Positions 55,990 through 64,000 of a stretch of DNA of 64,000 nt are shown here, piece after piece. Position numbers and translations under genes: made by a program. Position 1 is the stretch's first letter, and each line of letters opens with the position of its first letter. This DNA comes from Balanoglossus misakiensis (lineage: Eukaryota; Animalia; Hemichordata). The stretch lies in assembly GCA_040954595.2 (NCBI GenBank), contig CM082584.2, positions 9,381,061 to 9,445,060 on the forward strand, written 5' to 3'. The notes under the pieces are model-generated. The model saw nothing but the letters and a program-made list of their open reading frames with translations, searched no databases and had not been told where the DNA came from.

Positions 55990-56228
55990 GTGAGACTGCG
56001 CACTACGCAGTTTTTGAACGTCCACTCGTAGTCGACTCCAATAAAATATCTTTCACGTCGCTCGATTGGCTATTTGCCACCACTGGTAACCAATCCAAGA
56101 CAGGGTATCAAAGAGAACGAAGCCACACAAAACAATATGGCGGCTGCTGCATAGCAAAGTGTTCAGTCTTCAAGCACACACACAAGAATGATAAAGCAAC
56201 TATAAGTGACATCTGAACACGATTCAAG
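55990..56228. promoter_or_regulatory. Bidirectional TOPORS/SMIM27 promoter
   Basis: Three CCAAT/ATTGG boxes (~56038, ~56065, ~56090) and a YY1-like ATATGGCGGC (~56135), lying between a TOPORS upstream exon (donor at 55903) and the SMIM27 start. Confidence 0.6.
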
Positions 56229-56528
56229 ATGAACATTACCGTTAGTAGGAATGCTTCTGATGTGATTGTAGCATTGGTAAGTATTTTTACCGAGAAATGT
56301 GTACCATTCGTTACCAAATCGCAGCTGGAAACATTGACCAAAGACGAAGTTGCAGCTACTGTATTGTGAGCTGTGATATAACTGTACAGGTTATTATAGC
56401 TAACCGCAACTTTACGATTCCAGTTTCTTGCAGCAATAGTCCTCTTGGCATGGGGCTTTGTCATATACGCCGGCAGAATGGCAGCCTACCGAACCTACCC
56501 TTCACTGGCACAACCTCCATCGTGGTAA
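56229..56528 (+). CDS. SMIM27: SMIM27-like single-pass membrane microprotein (50 aa), 2 exons (56229-56276, 56424-56528); not in the ORF track
   Basis: MNITVSRNASDVIVAL|FLAAIVLLAWGFVIYAGRMAAYRTYPSLAQPPSW* resembles human SMIM27 as I recall it (MKPVSRRTLDWIYSVLLLAIVLISWGCIIYAS...). It occupies the same position, between TOPORS and NDUFB6. Donor G|gtaagt; acceptor ttccag with a CTAAC branch point. Confidence 0.82.
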
Positions 56529-57592
56529 ACATATCACAATGATAAAGAAGCTTCATGTTGCCATGGAAATGGGTGGCTGCGTGTACTTTCAAGCTTACAA
56601 AAGAAGATTGTTTTGGACTCGAGGCAGGCATGGTCAAGTACACCTGGCACAGGCTTAGTGCGAAAACATCCAAACAAGAACATTATGAATAGACAATCAT
56701 TGTGAATGATTCAAACTGATGTGAAGGCCCACACCACATCCAGCCTTCTCATTTTAAGACAGTGACAGTAAATGTGGACAATTTTATACTGGTAGAATGA
56801 TGTCATGAACATTATTTATGTAAATATTTTATTTCTGTATAAATGAATCATTGTAAATAGACAAATGTTAGTTTTGTAATGACAAATAAGACTTAGAAAT
56901 TAGATACTTAAAAAAAATTCCATTTGATTTTCATTGACTTTAAATTTAAAGCTTCTGAAATTTATTTAATAGTAAATGATGCATTTTATATATATGTGCA
57001 CTTTTTTGGTTCAATTTCAGACCATTTTCTTTGATGTAGTACATACACTACATATGCAAGTATAGGCATGCATACCCACACACACCAATACATTCATACA
57101 TAAAACGATACTGGTACATACTAGAGTCATTGGACTCGCTCATCAGGAGACTTAACTGGCTGATCATATGTATGTGTGTACATATATGTACAGGCTGTAC
57201 ATATGACAGACACAGTAATCCCATACACTCTCGATGTACATATACATGTACCAAAAGTTGAGCTAAAAATCAGTCGCAACCAAGTCAAATTCAAACACTT
57301 AATATTATTTATTCAAAACACTACATGTAAACACCCAAAACACTGCAATTTGACATTTGCAAGCAAAGAACAGTATATAGCTACGGTCATAGAATACAGC
57401 CTAATTTGTACAAGCAGTGTTGCAAGAATATCTATGCTCAGATTCTTGTAAAAAAATTCACCAAAGAATTCAATCCTATCAGTTTCATGAACATTTCACA
57501 CTTTGCTATCACGACCATATTTCTCACACCAGTGATGAGTTTCTTGCTACGTTGTCGATGCATAAAATTGAAGTCAGGAAGTCCTGCTTTGT

Positions 57593-58651
57593 CTATTCTG
57601 AGGCTGGATCAGGATCACCCTACAGATACACAAAAAGCAAATCAGTGGTTAGGCAATGTACAAACTCACACTCCAAGCAGCAGTGGCACTCTCATTTCTG
57701 TTCCCATTTTCCTAGCTGCCGCGTGGAAAAGCACATTTTCAAGGCCGGTATAGAATTACCAGATCAGGATTACCATGCTAAATACGGGGTATAATGACAG
57801 TAACTTACTGGATAGATCTGTGGCCTTGACGACACCAGAGCACCGGGCTTATTCTGTGAACAGAACAAATAAATGCAAAGCGAGACTTAGAATTATTAAT
57901 GTCATTGTTGTTTAAATTCTATAGTTTTACCTGAATATTTATTACAAAAAAGGACACATAACTGATATACATGATATAAAGCATGGTAGATGCCATGTTT
58001 TAATATTGCTCTAGTCTAGGGAAGATGGCGATACATTCAGTCGTGTATGTCACTAAGTGTGGGCACACCTCTACGCACGTGCACCAAGAGAACGTTACAC
58101 AGACCATAGGATTATGGATACTTACAGCAACATGGTACTTTTTCACATAATGTGTAACATATATGGGTAATATTAGGAGCAGAAACACATTTCTGCTATG
58201 GAACCACATCCTTGTCAGACCAAAATTCTGCAAGCAGACAGATAAAACAGATGAATATGTAGTTTGTCTAAAAGTTGACTGCGAGTGCATGTAATTATCT
58301 CCACAACCCCCATAACGGTATTGCAGTTATGAAGATTGCATCCCAAATGCAACCTTCTGAAAGGGTAGAGGTTTGACTAGATTACTAAATACCTAATACT
58401 AGATGTAGTTGGGACGTCTGAGACTAGGGTTAGGGACTTACAATTCGAGCATCGATTGGTCGGAAGATGCGACGAAATGGTGCTCTGATAGCTTCTTGCC
58501 ATGGTGACAATTTCGTAAGAATAACTCTTGGTTCATTCTTGGCAAGAACTTGATCTGCTAACCAGTTCCTTTTTGTCTGGCGGGCTTCTCCTTTGATTCT
58601 TTCGAGGACATAGTCCCCTTTCGCATACTCCGGTATCCCTCCCAGCGACAT
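57593..58651 (-). CDS. NDUFB6: NADH dehydrogenase 1 beta subcomplex subunit 6; exons 58442-58651, 58126-58227, 57809-57853, 57593-57619
   Basis: KRNWLADQVLAKNEP (compare RRRWLKDQELSPREP), TM segment LILPIYVTHYVKKYHVA|NKPGALVSSRPQIYP|GD. All introns are phase-0 GT-AG, and the gene is syntenic with TOPORS. Confidence 0.88.
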
Positions 58652-58669
58652 CTTGAAACCTACCGTCGG

Positions 58670-58740
58670 TGACGTCACAGAATGGTATCCCAGCACACGA
58701 CTGGTGGTGGCGCTATCACCTGTGCTCTGCGCATGCGAGT
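58670..58740. promoter_or_regulatory. NDUFB6 promoter elements (CRE, NRF1)
   Basis: TGACGTCA at 58670-58677 and TGCGCATGCG at 58728-58737. NRF1/CREB control of nuclear respiratory-chain genes is established. Confidence 0.6.
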
Positions 58741-59969
58741 GATCGTGATTGAGGGATGCCACGAGTTATTACTTGGCCTACGGGATACTGTGATAACTTG
58801 ATGGACGGATGGGGGGGGGGGGGGTAGACAGATGAGCGGATGAACAGACATAACCACATGACGTGTGCATGAGCAAGAAAAACTTTTGGTAGCTTTTGAC
58901 TTAGCTTCGTATACCAGGTAGTGAAATAGCATACACATTCAATTTCATACGAGACGTTTCCGAGATGTTTTATTATACTAAAATGACAGATTTTTCACCA
59001 AATACCACGTTGCTTGTACGACTGGACAAATTGTTTGAACAAATGGGGTAGGGGATTGGGGCATAATAATAAGGCATTTGAGGATAGCGGAAATCATTTA
59101 GTGGTAGGTATATAAGACAGGGTGTTTGAAAGAACTTTAAAACTGTGGTATTGCGTGAAAAGGCCACTTGAAAATTTATGAAATTAAAGGAATATCTTCC
59201 GAGTATAATTTACAAGCCCACTTGAGCTTTGGAACCCATAGTGTTCAACTTGATTTGCAAAATTGCAAATTCACAAAATAGGTTGCTAAACGTGTCAGTT
59301 ATGCTTGCAGTAAGTTTATTAGTTTCTAGATCTAGTCAATTTTCCAATTCTACGTCAGAGATAGGTTAACCTTTTCACCTTTAACCCTGTAAAACAGTTT
59401 CCACCAATATATCATCAACGACACCAAAAAATTACAGTGTAACATAAAGTCTTTGTCCTACATTGCTTTTAATGAAAACGGATATTTAAATTTGAACAGC
59501 AACTTCATGCATCACAATATATAAGCTTTAAGACGGGAACGACACTACAGTATCTATGAAATCGTAATGTTCGTTTGGTCAGTGTTGGTCCGGTTCGTTA
59601 ATCCAATGACAAGCTTTAATTTGTATTTCCCATCACTATATTTATAAGCACTTTTTTCTTCTACTTTCCTACTCAGGTTTTCGCAAACGCTGGCGACTCG
59701 GTCTTCTTATCTTGTCGCACATCTGTAATATAATTAAATGTTATAAGAGATAAGTATATTGTTAAAAATACAATGCTGGTATACGGGACATTATCAATCT
59801 CAAGTTTCTCCAGTTTTGTTTGATTATGTTGACAGATAGACTAAAAAAAATGTGCGGTCGCTCCGGCGCTTTAAAGTGACACACGGTTGAATCTTTCGGT
59901 CTGATTGACAGACAGCACCTGAAAACTGAGACCTGATGCAGCCAATGAAAAAAAAAACACTTTCTGCAC

Positions 59970-62800
59970 TTACGTCACAAGCCAACCATTGAAGAAGTGT
60001 TGCAAGTCTTCCTTGACGAAGGCGTGCGGATTCTTGAGTTCGATGGTCCTGACGACGTCGTCCGTCATCAAATAGGTCATGTCGTCCGCGGGGTTGCCAT
60101 TGGCGTTGCCCAGCAACCCCCAGACTTTGCCGCGCTTGGACTCGTGTAGGTCGATCATGGTCAAGCCCTTGCCGTTGAAGTCCAGCGTCAGGACGCCAGG
60201 CAGCGCCACAAGCACGGCCTTCTGGTTCTTTATCCAGTCGATTATTACCGAATGGTCAGCGGATTCGAAGGGAAGCTGGCCCTGAACTTCTTGCTCATTA
60301 AACTGTGGGTAGAAATGTAGATGCATGAAATAGGCCGTTAGTGGTGTATTGCCTTGGTTAGTGGTGGTGATGGTCCTATCAGTAAGTTGTTTAGTAATCG
60401 CAAAATGATGATGATGGTGGTCGTCGTCGTCATGGCTTCTAACGTGTCAGCTGACCAAGTGATGTTAATCACCGCGAATGATAATATGGTTGAAACACTT
60501 TTAGTCAGCAATGAACAGATATGGACTACTAGTATTTCTTCTGAGGTGTAACACACACTGATGATGAAATGATAAACGGTAGTGAACAGGCACAGAGGCA
60601 ACGACGGCTTACATGGTCACACGACTTCTGACCGCCACTGGCAGGATTTGGGGTAAAATAACACAGTTTCATTCGTAATCAATCGGAGTTCAACACTCAC
60701 GTATATTTTCTCGTTTCCTTCGGTCAATATAACAGTGTTCTCGTTGCGTTTTACTTCCAAGGACGAGTGGAATGCCTTAAGTTCGTTGTGGAGGTTACTG
60801 GCTGGTACGTGACGGGAGGCTACGGAGAAGCTTGGGTTGTCCGCTCTTTCCTTCACCAAGGTGTACGTGCAGATACCGCTGTAAGTGAACTTGACGCCGT
60901 CGAAGGTTTGGAAGTGGGGGCCAACTCCGCGTTCGCCGGCCTCTGAAAGAAGCAAAATATGAATAAAAAAGGGGGATGGGACAACGTAACCCGGCAAAAT
61001 GAGCGAGAAGAAAAAAATGTAGAGAAACAAGTTAAGTAGAGTGGTCCGATCAAGATCAAATTTTGGTTATTGGCCTTATTGCAATTTCCTTTTTTCCCGT
61101 TGTTCTAAGGCGACGGTTGCTTAGTACATATTTTTCAATGTCAACCAATGTAAGCATTTTCTTGGTTTCAGTTTTAGGCTAAAAATGAACTGGAAAAATA
61201 AGTTTAAAACAAAAAGTGCAACCAATTACTCTGACTCGAATAGAGTGCTGCCCAATCTTAAATAACAAAGCAAAGAAAAAATACAGACAAAACTTGATCA
61301 GCATCTTCAAGCTAGAGTTGAATCCAGACACTTACCTGTCCATTCACCTGCGGTGGAAAATATAAACATAGCAAAATTAAATCGATTTAAAGACGTACAG
61401 GAGTTGGTCATTTGTTTCAAATTTGTCAAAATATCTGATCTAATGTGGCTTAGTGGTGACCGCTTGGTTTTAGTTTTGATTTCCACTCTTCGCCAGATTA
61501 TTCACTGTTTTCGGGGTGACCTTTGCACCCGATTACGTCAATCGCAAAAAGTGACGATACTTACGGTGAGTTCCACCTCCCTTAGCTGTAAGAAACAGAA
61601 GGGGGGAATGACATGATTAACAACGATAAAAACGACGATATTTCGGGAGAGGACTAGGGGCGTATTGTACGTGCGATGGCTGTACAGTACGTGCATGAGA
61701 AATCTGTGTGTGGGCTACGAACTGAAATGAGTTTTAATTTCACATCTAGTCGGAGCTGAGGCCGGGGGTTGAAGTCAACAAAATTGACAGAAATGTGCCT
61801 CCCCGCGGGAAGAGCAGGCCGACGTTGAACTTACCCGCCTCCCTGCAGCATACGTAACCCTTGGTGCAAAGTGACGAGAACATATGTTCGATCACTCCGT
61901 CTTCGCATTCTCCAGCCGAACAGAAGCCTTTGGCGAAGATTCTCTCACACTTGTCTAAATACAAAGAGAGGCAGACGATGACACGACATAAACTTAGGAA
62001 TCGAGATATAGTAAATGTGTACTGCTTCCACAACGCCACGGGCTACCTCTCCGCTTATCCCACAGACGTGTCGTTATGTGATCGAGCTGCCAAAGACAAC
62101 AGCTCTAAATGTACTCTGTCAGATCATAGATACTAGGGTGTCACACTGATGTGAAACAAATCCACGAAAAGCATCTCAAATGTCATAATTTGCTTACAGT
62201 TTGTTTTGGTGCAGCACTGACAGCTGCCCGGACACAGTTTAGGGGCTTCGGCGATCCTTTCGAAGGGGTCCGTACATTGTCGTTTGCAGGTCCCAAAGAG
62301 GCCCGCGTTATTAGCACACTCAGAGTCCTCTGTTGTGAAAATGAATCAGAAAATTAACTCTAAAAGTTGCCTCCATTTTTCAATATTTTGTTTGAAAGCA
62401 GTATGCAGAATCTCTCTGCAACGATTCACTATCGAACACTAACGTTCTACCGTAAACCTAATTCCATGCATGATCCAAATACTTTCAATGTACTCGCCTG
62501 ACATAGCCGTGCAGTCATCTTCATATTCCTCTTCGCTAGGAACATGTTCGTGGGCAGCTCCCTGCTCGTGTAGATAAAACATGGAAATGTGAAGTACTTC
62601 CCCAATCATTTGTGTTCTCAAGAACACAAATCGATCAAGCCACGTAATCAAAAAAGTAAACCGAAAATACCTAAATTCCTGTCTTGTAGTTGATTTGTTT
62701 CGTCCATTTTTTTCGAGAACCACACGATTGCTAAGACAGAAATTTAGTTACATACCTGAACCAATGCTATGAGAAGCGGCAAAAGATATAATGGCTTCAT
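59970..62800 (-). CDS. Secreted protein: signal peptide + two beta-defensin-like Cys modules + VWD domain; exons 62756-62800, 62498-62561, 62198-62329, ~61835-61954, 61565-61585, 61336-61347, 60701-60942, ~59970-60303
   Basis: MKPLYLLPLLIALVQ|GAAHEHVPSEEEYEDDCTAMS|EDSECANNAGLFGTCKRQC..LCPGSCQCC..|..CERIFAKGFCSAGEC..LCTKGYVCC..|micro-exons|..GPHFQTFDGVKFTYSGICTYTLVK..|..GKVWGLLGNANGNPADD. The last two segments are the VWD signatures HxxTFDG and GLxGNxNGNPxDD. The C-terminus may instead splice to a short exon near 59720 (..LVTCATR*). Confidence 0.82.
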
Positions 62801-64000
62801 CTTCGTACCTGTCAAAGAATTTAATACTAACTTTATTAACTCACTTTTAAAGTAAAAAAAAAAACACATCAATAACGGCCAACGTACGTATGATACTGAA
62901 AACACTTGGCCGATTTTAAAACGCACCGCAAATCAACGATTCTTGATTAAACTTTAGAAACGCGCTCTCTGTTGCTGACATGTTGATATATGGGTCTTAT
63001 GGAACAATTTCAACATTTTTCGACGTTTCCAAGTTGTACTCACCCGAAAATCAGACCCTTCCTGTTGCTCTCGTGATTTTCTGCCTTACAGTCTGATTGC
63101 AAATCTGCCTTTGCTTTGTCAGCTTACATTGACACTTTCTGGACAGGATGTGGCAGCCGTTGTACCATCTGGAAAGTAGAAAATAGATAGTGAGCCCTGA
63201 TTTACGGTTTCGCAAGCTGGCTAATTGCCGAATATGAACATCCTTTCGTCGTCGAACCAATCAGCATGAAGGATAAGTGTGAGTCAGCATGTAGCAGATT
63301 GCTAAAGAAAGAAGGCTTTTGTCAATAGAGTAATTTCTGCATTGACTGAAGCCGTATTTTAGTTTACATATTTAGTAACATATATCAAAAGATACAGTGA
63401 CGTCATTAATAACGGTATATGCAAATATATTGGAATTGTTGAATGGATACCTGAGAAATAATCTATAATCATAGATAATGCGACAGACTTTAAAACGAAA
63501 ACCGTGAACGTAAAAGATTTTATATGTGCATTACACCACTTGAAATATAGAAAGCATTTGACTGAAATCCGTTGTGACTTGTGCGTGTACAAGTTAAGCT
63601 ATTTTTTCTTGCCAATAAGGTCCAATCTGTTAAAAGATCAGAAGTTATTTTTATTTATTGTAAACGTGTATTTGAGTGATTATACCCTTATATGTCAGTC
63701 CCTTTGTCGATTTCATCTCTCATTGTCTTAGCAAGCGAAAATTTGCCATATGTGACTACAACGAGGAGGAGTCTATTATTCACAGGATTGGAAAGTGTCA
63801 CAGGTGTTGGGCAGAAATGAGCAGCCGCCACACTGCCTAAACAAAGTGTTTCTTGAAATAGATGACAATATAACGAAAGAGGGGGGAGATGAGACCGACA
63901 GCTGTTGACGACAAAATGCAAATTGTATAGAAGACAGATGCGATGACTCGGAGCGCTAGATGACTATAAGACCTCTCGGCGGAGCGGACGAAGCGACTCT

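Overview
Gene-dense, intron-containing animal genomic DNA; no prokaryotic, CRISPR or transposase features were seen. The gene set and microsynteny suggest a marine invertebrate deuterostome (inference only). Spliced genes reconstructed by hand, left to right: EXOSC3 (+); a 97-aa secreted peptide gene missing from the ORF track (+), with an augurin/Gla-propeptide-like helix and several RFX X-boxes; an adenosine-receptor-like orphan class A GPCR (-); a ~10.7 kb stretch with no recognisable gene; ALKBH7 (-) head-to-head with CFAP57 (+); TECR (-) head-to-head with a heat-shock-element-bearing DNAJB (+); SYK (-) head-to-head with KAT14 (+); TOPORS (-) head-to-head with a 50-aa SMIM27-like microprotein (+, also missing from the ORF track); NDUFB6 (-); and a secreted protein with two beta-defensin-like Cys modules, micro-exons and a Cys-poor VWD domain (-). 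The most interesting items are the secreted peptide gene tail-to-tail with the orphan GPCR, the defensin-like/VWD fusion, the human-like TOPORS-SMIM27-NDUFB6 and TECR-DNAJB arrangements, two ~100-bp fold-back elements, and sharp GC3 spikes inside exons. Gene names come from remembered protein motifs, not database searches. Exon boundaries were read by eye.
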